From Octopus vulgaris (lineage: Eukaryota), in NCBI GenBank assembly GCA_951406725.2, contig OX597820.1, positions 42,036,001 to 42,100,000 of the forward strand: 64,000 bases of DNA. The letters run 5' to 3'. Positions 41,936-56,059 of the stretch are shown here, one piece after another; the stretch's first letter is position 1, and every line of letters starts with the position of its first letter. A program made the translations under genes and the position numbers. The notes under the pieces are model-generated. The model made no database searches. It was not told where the DNA came from and worked only from the letters and a program-made list of their open reading frames with translations.

Positions 41936-42200
41936 ATAACTTTTAATAACTTTTCTTACTAACAGATAAAACGCACACACACATTCTGTAGGTAACACCC
42001 ACAAATCCAAATATCCCCTTATTCGAATTTCGTTCATTCATGCACTGAAGAAAATACTTGCTCAAGCACATATTTTAGCTTTGTTCGGATATATTTTATC
42101 TAAACATAATCTTATTCTATCATCACATTCCAGCCACCACTTTTATCTGCTATTTATAAAATGTCTTTTTCACTTATTCTCTTATTTCTAATTTTCTCTA

Positions 42201-42270
<70 letters not shown>

Positions 42271-43372
42271 ATACGCACAAGCACGCACCAGGCACACATA
42301 CATACACACACAGAAATTCGCACATGCATAGAATCATACACACATTCACTCTTGTTTTCTTTCTCAAGATCTTTCTGCAACACAACTTATTCTGGTCTAA
42401 CGTCTTACATTTTACCATCTAAATTTTCTTTTATTGTAAAGTCTCTCACACATATTCCGTTTTACAATCGCCTATAAGCTCATGCAGTTTACATTCGGCA
42501 TCGCTTTCTGACCTTCTTTCCTTCTATGACACATATAAAACGCAACTACGTATCACCGACGCAAAGAACTTAACTTTTCTTAATTTCTATTTCTCTTTCT
42601 CACCTTTTCATATACATCCTCTCTCTCTCTCTCTGTGTCACTTGCTAATTCATGTTTGAGTTATGTTTTATTTACTGCTCTATGAAGCTTTTAACTCGTT
42701 ATTCGAATCCGAAATACAAAAAGATGCCAAAGAAACTTGGAGAGAATGACATACATCTAGAGAATAAAGACATAACTGATAGGAAAAAAAAATGTCTGTC
42801 AGGATGTTTGTTCAGTTGAGTAAAGCAATATGTAGACTGGTGTTTGTCGCTTATTGCAGCTGCCTCAACAACAAATAATAGATGATGATGGTGATGGTGG
42901 TGGCAGTGGTGGCGATGTTGATGGTGGTGGTTTTTGTGGTGGTAGTTGTGGAGGTTGTGGTTGGAGTCGTCGTAGTCGTGGTCATGGTGACGTCGGTGGT
43001 GGCGATCCGATTGTAATAGAGTTGTCGTGTAACAAAGATCGCGGAAGACCCAAAAATACGTATATGGGAAAAAGCCAAAATCAAATGTATAATGAGAAAT
43101 ACGAAATAAAAGACCGAAAAGAATGATGCAGACATGGAAGAATTGTTAATGTATTGGATCTCATAAAAAAAAATACAGTGATATGTCTGCTCAGAATTAG
43201 TCGTGGCTTCTAAATTTGCAAATATGTAATCGTAATTATCGTTGTGAATACCGGACACCGAATCACTATTGTCAGATGAGTGTTAGTTCAGTACTTTTCA
43301 AGCTGACAAATACGAGAAAAGTATCGGCCTTACACATTATATGCATGTATGTATGTATGCATACATGTATGT

Positions 43373-43553
43373 ACTTGGCTCAAATCTCATTTGCGGACCC
43401 ATGAAAAACGAACCTCCACCAACTACTCTACCTATCTATTTGCGCATACCTGTCAATGTCATGTATGCCATGAAATCTGCAAATTTAACGAAGGATTCTA
43501 AAGACATTTTAAGATTCACGAAGATCAAAACATAACTGAAGCTCCTGATGGTC
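43373..43553 (+). mobile_element. RTE-like LINE C-terminal zinc-finger fragment between (TATG)n arrays
   Basis: Translation LKSHLRTHEKRTSTNYSTYLFAHTCQCHVCHEICKFNEGF*RHFKIHED: the end of one C2H2 finger plus one whole finger of the same CxxC...GLKxH...H type as the adjacent element. Confidence 0.7.
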
Positions 43554-43590
43554 GTATGTATGTATGTATGTATGTATGTATGTATGTATG

Positions 43591-44446
43591 AGAAAAGTTT
43601 TGAGGATCAACTGGAAAATGGCTATTAGTAATGTGAAGGTGCTTGAGAGGAGTGGCAGTAGAAGTATATAGTCAATGATTTGGCAAAGACGTTTGAGGTG
43701 GAGGAGGAATTTGTTAAGGATGAGTGATAAGCGAGAGCCCAAGCAGCTATTGTATGGTCAGCTTGAAGACGGCAGGAGACCAGTGCATAATCATAAACTA
43801 AAGTTTAAGGATTGTCTTAAAAATGCTCTAATACAGACAGGATTTGCAGCTGGTAATTAGGAGAGGGAAATACAAGACCGTGATGGATGGAGGAAGATAG
43901 CACATGATGGTTGTTCAATGTTTGAGAGGGAGAGAGTGAAGTATGAGAGAATAAGGAAGGGGCTTAGAAGGGGAAACCTGTGGAGAGTGAGAGACTGTTG
44001 TTTTTCATGAGTGTGGTTTGTGGGCGGAGGTGCTTGAGTAGTGCAGACCTGGTGAGCCATCAAAATTCTCATAGAAATCGACCTACGATAAACAATGATG
44101 TAGCTATTAAAATTCATAACAGAACGTGTGTAAAATGTGGAAGGGTGTGCCTCTCAGTTGGAGGTCTAAAAAGACATGTTAAGCGAGTGTTATGGTAGCA
44201 CCTGTTTCTCTTGCCAGCCAGCATAATTGTCTAGTATGTAATAAAACGTGTAAAAGCTTGGCCGGGCTTAAAAGTCATATAAGGGCATCACATGGCAACA
44301 GTCATGAATCATTTCAGTAAGTCTTCTTGGCAATAGCTTTTCTCGAATAACGAGGATGCAGCCGTCATGTATGTATGTATATGTGTATGTATGTATGTAT
44401 GTATGTATGTATGTATGTATGTATGTATGTATATATGTATGTATGT
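43591..44446 (+). mobile_element. 5'-truncated RTE-clade LINE: post-RT domain, three C2H2 zinc fingers, short 3' UTR and (TATG)n tail
   Basis: RKVLRINWKMAISNVKVLERSG...QRRLRW...RMSDKREPKQLLYGQLEDGRRP...KFKDCLK...QDRDGWRK (typical RTE C-terminus). Fingers: CGRRCLSSADLVSHQNSH (first Cys lost), CVKCGRVCLSVGGLKRHVKRV (last His lost at a frameshift), CLVCNKTCKSLAGLKSHIRASH. Stop at 44318-44320, UTR mini-hairpin ctcg-aataa-cgag, tail from 44367. Internal stops and frameshifts. Confidence 0.92.
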
Positions 44447-44453
44447 AAGTACG

Positions 44454-44508
<55 letters not shown>

Positions 44509-47330
44509 GCATTCACCAATGGGATGACAAAATAGACTTTGCATTCAAGGTGTGGAACATGTTCCAAATAATGGCAATACCCCCCGCTACACTTACAACC
44601 CTCACAGTCCCTTGAAGAATCACATGAGACACCACTATGTAAAACAATGAGTTAGCCAGTATGATTGGATACCAAAAATATGTATGATTTAATTGATAAT
44701 TTATCATATCTATGAATTGTATAAAAAATTTGCAAGCCTATATATGTCCACAACGAACCGAAGCTTACATGATATATATCACCACTTATATTTGTCATAA
44801 AGGTAAAAATCTAAAGTTTAGGTATTTGAATTTCCAATTTCTTCATTATATACAGCTGCTTAAATACAATTCAGTTCAAGCGAATTGATACACAAGAACA
44901 TTTTTTGATATTAAGTAGTTATTTTATTGTTTATGGTAATTTTCGAATTAAGCATCAAATAGCACTTCAGATTCTACAGTCTAAGGAAAAACCAAGTAGA
45001 TTTTATTATTAACCACGGTACATAAACATATATGCAAGATTTCACTGGAAACTATTGTTTTACTGTAGTCATTTAAGCCAGATTTACTGATTAAACCAGT
45101 GGTTTAACGTGATTAGCCTCTCGCATTCTTTTATAAATAGTATGTGTACGTAAGTTTGCAAATTCCTCATTACATCAGATGAAAGCGTAATGTCTATGAT
45201 AAATAGCGTATTTTCCCACCACCTTCTAGTTGTGAATTTAGCAAACACAATTTTTAAATTATTAAGTCGAATTAAGATGATAGTCAATTAGTTGACAGCC
45301 TGTCAGATTTATACAGGAAGTACAAAAATTTATCGCCCAAACTTCTGGATATTCGAGCTTAATTGCTTTTCGCGAGCTATATGATCTTTTTAGCTTGCTT
45401 TTGAGGAGAATGTCTACATTTTTCGTGCATTACTTCAAATATATCATAAAACGAAGCATATATTGACATACATGCACACAATTATATATACATATGCATT
45501 CGTAAAAACATGCAGATTCACACATACATTAATATGATGTGATATGCTAACATGGATGCATACATAAGCATACTTGTGCAGCTACATCTATACTTACATA
45601 CATATGTACCTAGTTGACCATCTCTAAATTCTATTGATATGTCCTTTTTTTATTTTGGCTGAAAAATATTTCTAATATTGCATGTGCCTTTCATTAAAAT
45701 CGATTGTAAATTAAATTTTTTCGATAATATGGAATTTCCACCCATCTCAAATTAACATATAATAAAATATATGAATGATGAAAATAAAAGATATTGAAAT
45801 ATGCCGGCAAATCTATGATATAAGGTAAATGAAATTAAAACCGAGTACTGGTTAAGTAATACAGAAATATAAGAGCAGCAAGAGAATTTTTGAATTATCA
45901 TCACAGTTTGCACGGTTGGAAGCTGGAAGAATTTGATCAGTTACTAATGAAAGTGTGAATTCATTTAGTCATTTAGTCAAGTTTTCTATAAATGTTGCTA
46001 AAAGGAAAACATATTTCTTCATCATTTCCTTGAACCCCGAGTTCTTTACTCAGAATTCCGTATCCATTTTGGTAATCAGCATGTCTGGTTTCATAGACGG
46101 AATTCATAAAATGATATAAAACCAACATTTATTATCACATTACGACAGCAGTAATTTGACACTGTAGTAAATTGGTTCATTAACAACAAGGAAATCGATA
46201 TTTTTCCGTTCGAAGTCCTCAACCCATCAACACGTAAGCAAATTGAGAATTGTAACAATATCTTGTGTGTTGCAGCAATGGACAATGGATAAATCCTTTA
46301 AGTAAACCTTTTGTAATCAACTTTTTAATAACGTTGAAACTATTCACATACATACAATAGGCTTTTCGTTGCAGCTGAGTTTTTATTGGTTCCTTTATGT
46401 AGATATTCTTTCTCTTCAATTCAAACACTGCACCGCCTACATGCACTCATATTAGCACACCCCACCCGCGCGCACACAAACACATACACACACACACACA
46501 CCTTGCACACACTCACACACATTGGCACCTATTTATCTCTAACCATACGGAAGATACTATTTTCACCCTTACCAAATAGAATCTTTTGTGAAAAGGAGGT
46601 TTAATTACTCCAGACCGTTATTATATCAACGCTGGATTCTATCATCTTTCTGACACTGCAGTCATGTGACTAAAGGCTCGACTATGAAAGTGTCACCGGC
46701 ATGTCATCCATTTTAGGATTCATGATTTTCTAATGTTTATTTCCAATATTATCGGATCCACCACACAATATTATCGCCATCATCGCTGTGATTGCCATCG
46801 TAAATATCGTTCTACTTTCGTCGTGACAATTGTTATTGTGGCTTAAACTATTCCCCCGCTCATAATGTCTATGTCTAAGTATACGTATTTCTCTACAGAA
46901 ATATGTTAGAGAAATGGGAGTACGCATTCGCATATTAATATAATCATAACGAAATAAAGCGTATAGATATTCAAAGTTATGAAAACACGAATACTGGCTG
47001 GCACTTCAAACGGAATTTAAATTTACACAAAAGCAGGTAATTACAGAAAATAGTAAAAACTAACAAACACTCAACTAAATGGAACCAATGAAATTTCCCA
47101 ACGTATCGGTACAAATTAAAGATGCCGTTTGTACGAAAACAAACTCTTTGGAAAGATATCCAAATATTCTATCCAAATACCTAATCATGCATCTGCGGGT
47201 TGATGCAATACGCTTGCATATCTTGGGCTCAAGCCAAAGTGAATCAGATTGAAATAGCTGAGAAAACGTGCACAACTGTATATAATTTCCTATAATGAGA
47301 AGAGAATCATTTAGAGAAAGAATCAACACA

Positions 47331-47500
47331 GTTGTTATTATTTACTCCCAACTCTGATCTATCAGACCTACGATCAAAGGCATTCCAGTCTTAACTGTCC
47401 CTTTTTTTTCTTTTTTTTTCTCTCTCAGACATAAATGTAGGACTCCTCGATATAATATGTCGTTTATTAGACTAAACTTAAAGTTTGATTTAATACAAAT
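47331..47500 (-). mobile_element. Dispersed repeat family 2 copy
   Basis: ctgatctatcagacctacgatcaaaggcattccagtc is a reverse-complement match to 29811-29850; the tail is gttgttatta on the plus strand. Confidence 0.75.
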
Positions 47501-47952
47501 AATCTCTTCTTTGGATACTTTTGGTGATGACCCTCATGTTGTTCGCATTCGAGATACATCTCTGGTCTGAGGCTAATATCTACAGTTCCATGTATCTCTG
47601 AGCCACTGACAAGGGATATGGCTCTGCATAAAATTACTTTAAGATATTACAGAAATTGTGATACATTGTATGTAAGCAGTTATTTCTTATAATCAGGGTG
47701 ACCAGGTAGAAGTTCCCTCGTCACTGTTCTTTTTCCCCCATGCTCTTTAAATTTAGTTTAGACGAAAATGAGGAATATCTCTCCTCCGTCGTCATAATCA
47801 CTCAAAATCATACAAAAAATAATTAGTTTTCTTATGTTGGGAACATTTGTTACAGAAAAGGAACTGTTCGACTTCATTTTGTGCATTTATTTTTAAATTA
47901 AAGCTAAACACAGGTATGTATGTATGTATGTATGTATGTACGTATGTGTATG

Positions 47953-48045
<93 letters not shown>

Positions 48046-48397
48046 ATATATAATGACGCTGTTAGTAAGAGAACTTCAGGAAAGCTATTGGTATTGTTTA
48101 CATTCTGAATCTAAATTCCACTAGCTTCAAATGCACCTTTCGTATTTGGAATTGGCTTATTGTATACAAAGTATTGCATTTGTGATCTTTTAATTATTAC
48201 CACTATTGAACCGGGTGATGTATTCTTCAGGAAAAACGGTTTCTTACAAGTCATTCTAGTAATCCTGCAACAGAGTGGCACCCCGTAAAGGAAGTGGGAA
48301 ATGTATCCCCCTTTCAGCTCAGGCCGGGTCATTCACCCTTTTCTTGATACTACACACGAGTACACACGCACACACACGCGCACTCACGAGCGCGCGC

Positions 48398-48618
48398 ATA
48401 TATATATATATATATAGTTGAAAAGGGGTTTAAGAGAGACCATACAAATTAAACATTGTAGTTTGAGTTATTTAAAATATAACTGGTTTCGGTGTATCCG
48501 TCTTATAAAATATTATAAAGAATTACTTTTGGAAGTACGAGAGAAAAAAATTGTGTTTTAACAGTTTGTACCTATATTTTGAGTTCTTCGAACTCAAATA
48601 TAGGTACAAAATGTTAAA
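48398..48618 (-). mobile_element. Possible Penelope-like terminal remnant abutting (TA)n and ending in a 62-nt foldback
   Basis: Begins at a (TA)n run; minus strand has taaga-cggatacacc-gaaaccagtta (decayed hammerhead-like); inverted repeat at 48557-48586 and 48590-48618. The element assignment is inference; the inverted repeat is direct. Confidence 0.4.
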
Positions 48619-51285
48619 TTCCACGCGCACACATATATACACCCAATAGCTTTTAAATTTCTTTGTCTAAAGCAACGAGACGATCTCTGGAGTATGGTAT
48701 TGCCTCATTGGTGACATGTGAAAATATTTCTAAACATATTTGCGTACAATAGAAAACTAATGTGTTTATCAGTTATTAAATACAAGTGAAGATATATTCA
48801 AAGAGAAAAACGTAGAGACGGGGAAAAAAGAAAAAAGAGAAGGAAATGTTGTTTTAAGACGGATGTCTCTTAATTGAACTAACGTACACCGCCACCCGTC
48901 TAAAAGGCTTTAATTAGCTTCCTACCCTAGCGTAACAAAACTTGTGCCCGATACTTTCAACATTCGCACGTGCGATAATTTCTTTTTAGCAAACTTTATT
49001 TCAGTGAAGTTGAAATTTTTTTCTAAAAAAAATATTTCTGTTTTAGTTAAACATGCTGTTCAGTTCTATTTTATAATGCAAATCAAAACACAAAACGTTC
49101 TCCGACTCACGCAAAATTTTCAGTCAGTCACCTTAGAAGAAAAGTAATGTTTGCGTGTAAAGACGTTTTTCTTTTCTTTTCATCTAGGCAATCAATGGTT
49201 TGTTGAATGAGACAGCTGCTATATTATACGGGTTTGCGATCTTGATGACAATTCGATATGAACTATAATGCTAAACTAGTCACAAATAATCGCTTGAAAA
49301 ATCTATATAGTGGAATTGTGTATATTTTTATGTGTTGTTGATTATTTTGTTTTGTTTTTCATTTCCTTGTTGTTTTACACCTTCTTTCTTCCGCTTGTTA
49401 ATGGTATTCACGTTCTTTTTGCAATATATTTTCTTTCTGATGTTGTTATCAATATCATAAAGAAATAATACTATCATTTGTGTAATTAATATCGTATTTT
49501 TGCTTCTTTACCTGATCCACGATTGCGGTAAATGAAATTTTCACGCGGCTTAATTCGTTTCATATCGGAGGTAAACATACCCACGCGCACACATATACAT
49601 AGACTGCATATACATATCCATCTGGAAGCTTGCGTACACATAACGAATAAATTTATAAAAATGATAAAAGTGATTCTAATTCCAAGCATATAAATAATAT
49701 TTATCTTCGCGCATTCAGTTATTAAGCAAAATACTGAAAGGTATATTCTTTGGAGAAATGAAACGTGACATACTTTCTTTAGGGAGAATTAAATAGTAAA
49801 TATTGAAATGAAATATAGTTTCATAGAAAGAATATTTAGCAATATGTAGTCTTTATCATTCAAGTATTGAATATATGTGTGCCTATATACATGTAAGTAT
49901 CGCATTGTATGATAATCTATATATTACGATATGACTTTGTATTTCTATATCTCTCAAACTGTACACTTATAAAAGTGTCAAATATAATTATACATAACAT
50001 TTGAAACGCATTCTTACATAAACATAAACATGCACATACATATGCATACAAATGTATATATGCACACACTTGATGTAAACAATAGTTACACTAACATTTG
50101 ATGCATACACTTATATAGATTAAATGACAGCGCTACATTTTGGTCATCCTGAAAAGATCCAAGTTAAAACATTCCGATACTCAGACATTCATGTTCGGGA
50201 ACTTGGACACTACTCAGGCGAGACTAGCTAACGGAACAGATACCTTTCTGAAGTTATGAGTGTATTTCGGAGAATGTGGAACCCCAGAGAAATAAAAAAA
50301 ATTAATATTAGTTATGAAATATTCTATGTTGTAACTATAAATCTATATAAGTATTTATTCTACATATAGTATTGAACAATTTTCTTTTGTCTTTACTCTT
50401 ATCAAGTACTGTGTATATAATAACACTATTATATGACACATAGGTGTGTTAGTGTGTATATGTGAGCATGTGTAGCAAAATATTTGCCACGCTGTAGTCT
50501 TTTCCCTTTCTGTGAGCGCAGAACAATATACATGAATACGTGTGTGCGTTTTATCTTTGTGTTTGATGTATTATGCGTGTTTGCATGTATGAGAGAGGAA
50601 GAGAGTGAGGAAGAGAAAGACAGAGAGGGAGAGAGAGAGAGAGAAGAGGTAGAAGAGAGAGAAAAGAAGAAAGAGAGAAGTAGAGAGAAAGAGTGTATCG
50701 ATATATTTGGTGTCGACACAAGTGAACATATTAGATGTATTTAACCACAGGCAGAATTATTTACCAAGACAATAGAAATGAAAATAATATACCTGGTCAA
50801 TGTCGATAGAAAAGGCAATGAAGTGATAAACGGTTTTGCAGTCTGTCTGTCTACTTGTCTATCTAGCTATCTATCTGTTTGTCGGCCTGTCTGACACACA
50901 AACACACACAAGCACACACACACACACACGTGCAAGCACACACACACACACACACGTGCAAGCACACACAGAAAAAGCACACATACACACATACACACAA
51001 GTACACACAGACGCAGACACACACATATATATTGTAAGCATAAAAGTATGTACACAGCCGCACACATATATCTATGTATGTTCGTTATTCATACGGAGGA
51101 ATATCATAAAGCAATGTCGGAAAGTGGAAGAAGCTGAAAATTATATATAAAAGCCCGTGTGAATTTTGTGTAAATGGCAGAATTGAAGGAATTAGATGTT
51201 TATGTGTATCCATTTGTAATATCATAAGACATATGTGGAAGCTATCTTTGTTTCTCTCTTATCCATCACCATCATCATCATCATT

Positions 51286-51335
<50 letters not shown>

Positions 51336-52169
51336 TACCGTCTTCTTCTTCACCCTCTTTCATTTTGTTTGAGGCGTCTCCATGTGACACCAGACTGCAG
51401 ATCGATTTAGTGTTCCAATCTAACCATTATGGCAGTGCCAACAACACCAGTTATTGATTTGAAAGCTTGTATATTCTGATTTGAATAACTATATTGCATT
51501 CCCTTACTATTCTCAGTGCCATTTTTTTCTTCTTTGGAAGCCTACCTCTGTAACAGCGGAGGGGATTTCATTCAGTTCTGCAAACGACGTCGATGGCACG
51601 CTGCTAAATAATCGGGCATAATTCCTTATTGAGGTATTGTTCGCTAATATTTGAAACGCCTGACGTATAATGTTTGCTGCACACATATGTAAAATGGTAA
51701 TACATACGTATTCATGGATAGAAATTCACGCACCTATCGGCATGTAGAGTCTCACGTACATACATAGAAAGAAATAAAGAATATCCGCATACGAAACATC
51801 GCGAAGTATTTCGAATGGTATAAACTTATATGGATTCATAGATACTCGCAACACAAATATACAAATGCAAACTTACACACACACACACACACACACAATT
51901 TTTATTTAACATCAATCGTATTGTGAACATGTTGCTGAAGATCATGATTTTGGTGGAGAATATATACTTGATTTGACTGAGACTGCTATTTCACTACTAA
52001 TTCTTTTCTCAATCCAAGAAAATTGAAAGCAAGGTTGACCCCAGAGTATGAGCACTACATTACAACCATTTGAAAAATAAGAACCTAAAAACATATCTAT
52101 ATATGGATTCGAATTAAATTATCCATACACACCTTAACATAGACCTAAATGCCACAGAGGAATGTTTAA

Positions 52170-52314
52170 CCAAAAATTCAATCCCTTCCAGTCGCATGAC
52201 CTTCGAAAATGGAAGGAAACATTGGTTGACACTAAAATACTGAATGATAGCAGCTGAAACGTTTTTGATCATAATTCTGCTTGATTACGACTTACCCGGT
52301 GTTACTGAATAATA
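52170..52314 (+). mobile_element. Dispersed repeat family 2, decayed copy
   Basis: cagctgaaacgtttttgatcataattctgcttgatt aligns with cagctggaacgcctttgatcattgatctgctcggtc at 29811. Confidence 0.65.
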
Positions 52315-54090
52315 TCTACAACCAATTTTCTTAACTCCACGCCCATGTAAGTTGTGTACTTTCCCCTGTTGACGCTGCCGCTAATACATGGTCCACAACC
52401 GTGGACATGAGCCTCATTATTAGCATTATCATTACTTTCCTCTCATGTCACCCCAAGCACAAACACCGTCCATCATAAAGACTGTTATCATCATTACTAT
52501 CGGGGACAAAAATTCTAAATTTACCGGCCTTACTACCAATAATCACCGCAAACTATTCATAAAAACCACTAGCAGCAGCAGTACGGAGAGCCATTAATTC
52601 CATCGTGACCACCTTCAACCTCTATCGCAGCTTCTTTGCTGCTTTCACTGTTATTACACACATAAACTAAAAGCATGTTATCCCATGTTTTCCAAAGTAG
52701 AAATTACTTGTCTGTATAATTAAAAAGAAAATATTTCAACACACAAAAATTAATTAAAAGAAATCAGTCAGGAAAAATAAAATTGAAGCAAATAAAAATA
52801 AATAACAAGATTATCAATACTATAATTAATGTTTTGGCACCAATCCCCTGGGTTCAAAACATCTCTGCAATTTTGTTTGCTAAATTAACTCCCAAATTCC
52901 GAATGTGTTAAAATATCTGATGTGTTAAAATTATTTTAGACTACACTCAGTATTTGAGTATTCATGAATATTTGCAAATTATAATATGGAGGATTTTGTC
53001 ATTTCAATATAGATGAAATTTTTTTCTGTATTTGTTCAGGTATTAAAAAAATTAAATATATTCTGGTAGTAATCATCTTTATCATTCATATGATTTTTAT
53101 TTCTTGTGTTCATCTCAAACTTTCATTCATATTTCTTCCTTATGCGGATGATGTATTCATAGCAAAATCATGTAGAGCTTGCTAAGTTATTCTTCTAATT
53201 TTGCCATGAAATTATTATAGTTTACTGATCGTATTTGATCTGCATGGTAAATTTCAGAATGTTTTACGTCTTTTGGTTTTACATTTCGATATTCATGTAT
53301 GATTCACATTTTAAAGCAAACAAGAAATCTCTACTAATAAATTTGAAATTTCCATATTTCTTTTACCACAAGAGTATGATACCAGAGTATTCTGTATCAA
53401 ATGCATATAGATCTTTGCAGCCCAGTAATTTTTCCAGGAAAGGTTTGACCAAACCTTGGGTGATAATAGACATTGAATTTATGAAAACTGATCTACACTC
53501 AGCCAACTTGTAAACTACGTCTATTATACAGTACTTCAATAATACGCAGCTGGTTACTTTCGTTATATTTTCTTTCTATTTTCAGAAAATAAGTAGTGCA
53601 ATAGTAAGATAAAAAAAAAACCGACCAAATGTCACGTTGGCACCTTTACATTGTAACTTCAAGCATATCAACAACTTCAAAATAGAACATCAAGCATTAC
53701 TATCCCATAGATAAAGTAGAAACTTCGTTTTTATACACGCTTCCCTCCGTTACGTATGGGAACTTTTGGATGCGTATCAATAATAATCTTGTAGAGTGTT
53801 TGGTGCGCACATATCACCAACATGCTTTTTTCCGAGTGATAACAAATAACAACGTTTTCCGTGCTGCAAGCTTCTGTTCATATGACAATAACAGCTTTAT
53901 TGAGGAAATTCTAGTTTATCATAGATGTTCTTTATGATACAATTACCAAAAAACTGACTGCATTAAGAGGTGACAGGTTCGTCCTAAATCGTACGTAGAA
54001 TTAGAGAATAAAGAAAAATGTTTGCTTCATCGATGATCGATTTCTAATACTGAATGATAAAATGACAGAATGAAAGTGGGGATCCATGTA

Positions 54091-54163
54091 CATGTGTGTG
54101 TGTGTGTGTGTGTGTGTATGCATGCATATATGTATATGTATATGTATATATGTATATATTTAT

Positions 54164-54214
<51 letters not shown>

Positions 54215-54239
54215 CATATATATATACATATTTGTATAT

Positions 54240-54305
<66 letters not shown>

Positions 54306-54393
54306 GTGTGCGTGTGTATGTGTTTAAATATATACAAACGCACATAGAAATTTATATAAACATATACATACATATACATATATATATACATAT

Positions 54394-54441
<48 letters not shown>

Positions 54442-54445
54442 ATAT
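54091..54445. repeat. Compound (TG)n/(TA)n/(TATATG)n microsatellite block
   Basis: Directly visible; explains the YI-repeat ORFs. Confidence 0.97.
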
Positions 54446-56059
54446 ATGTTTATACATGTACACACGCACATAGAAAGGAAAAGAAAGACAAAAAGAGCGA
54501 TTGAGAAATAAAGAAAGTGTAATGCGATTTCTGAATATAGTATGGCACTATATAACATCATAGTTCATAAATCCCAGCGTACACAATTGGATACACACAC
54601 ATACTTATACCAGTTTACTATGTCCACACGGATCTAAGCACATACATTCGTATGAACATACAAATACAAATATTATTTATACGTTGAAAGAAATATAAAT
54701 ATGCAAACACAAATGTAAGCGCTCACACATGAACACTCACAAGAACACACACATACATACACATACACACACACATACATCCCTAAAATACACATTACAC
54801 GTATAGATATTATTTCCCAATGAGTTCCCACATTTCTTTTTATGGTAATATTCTACCTAAACAAAGGCCTAATGCTTGAATTAATGTGATACATTTGGGG
54901 ACCATTTTAGCTGTATCCACCAACCGGAACCGGACAAGAGAGACAAGTAAAATCTCTACTGTAAATTGTGACTGAACCTATATTCTTTGCACTTCACTCT
55001 TATTAAATATTCAGTGCTGACATTAAAGACTGGATAGTGGAGGTCTGGATCACGCCTCCACTAGGGCACATCAAATCAATGATTCATTCGGACACGCTGG
55101 TAATGCTGAAGTATTTGTGAAGCAGTTTAGCAAACGAAATTGTTGAGATTTTTAAACCCAGGGGATTGGTAGCCAAACATTAATTATAGAATTGGTAACG
55201 ATGATTTCGATAGGAAAAGAATAACAACAATATTATAAACCGATAGAATTGACGAAGCCAGCGTTATGAAGCGAGAACTATGGTTTTGAGAACTTCTAAC
55301 GCAAATATATTTGTATATTTGTGTGTGAGTGTGCGTGTATGTGTGTGTGTTAGTCTGTGCATCTGCGTGTCAGTGTATATGTGTGCGTGTAAATATATAT
55401 GAATATATATATATATATAGGTAGATAGGTAGATATATTAACACGCATATATACATATATACATACGCACACACATATATACATATATATGTATATGTAT
55501 GCAGAATGTATGTATGTATGCATACACTATTGGAAATACATAGCTTGATAGCTAGGTAAGGGCACATGTTGTTATATATATTGGTGCAAATATATATCTA
55601 CATATCAATATACGATGTACATACATAGGCACATGCATTGTAATTTAAAATTTGTCTTTGTAGGAAGTAAATAACAGATTTTGTATGAGTGAGATGAGAA
55701 TTATTCCTCACATCCAAAAGAACAGTAAAAGCTTTTGTAAGCGGCAAAGCTTCTGCAATTTTAAATATTTTATATAAGGACCGTTTCGATAAATAAGATG
55801 TTGGTATCGATGTAAAAACTTGGCAAGTTTAGTAACCTATCAATTTAAACATCATTCTGGACTGTTAACGTCTTCGAAAAATAATATTAAAAGCTGTCAT
55901 GTTAGTTTGTCCGGTTCTGAGTGTGGTGATAGTCATAGAGAAAATAATCCTCATTGTACTGATTTGGCCCAAACACTAGTAATTGAGTGAACGCCACTAA
56001 AATGTCTAAACTGCAAGTTAATGGTGTTAAGCTTGTTGACATGCTTTTGTCCGAGAACA

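Noticed and set aside
44553-44566. 14-bp palindrome tggaacatgttcca containing a p53-type half-site
   Set aside because: Single half-site; several palindromes of this length are expected by chance.
48261-48340. V-domain SINE-like string cctgcaacagagtggcaccccgt
   Set aside because: Match is too short, with no head, tail or second copy to support a call.
55035-55064. GC-rich stem-loop ending in CTAG, Helitron 3'-end-like
   Set aside because: CTAG lies within the stem arm rather than about 10 nt downstream, and no matching 5' TC end or second copy was found.
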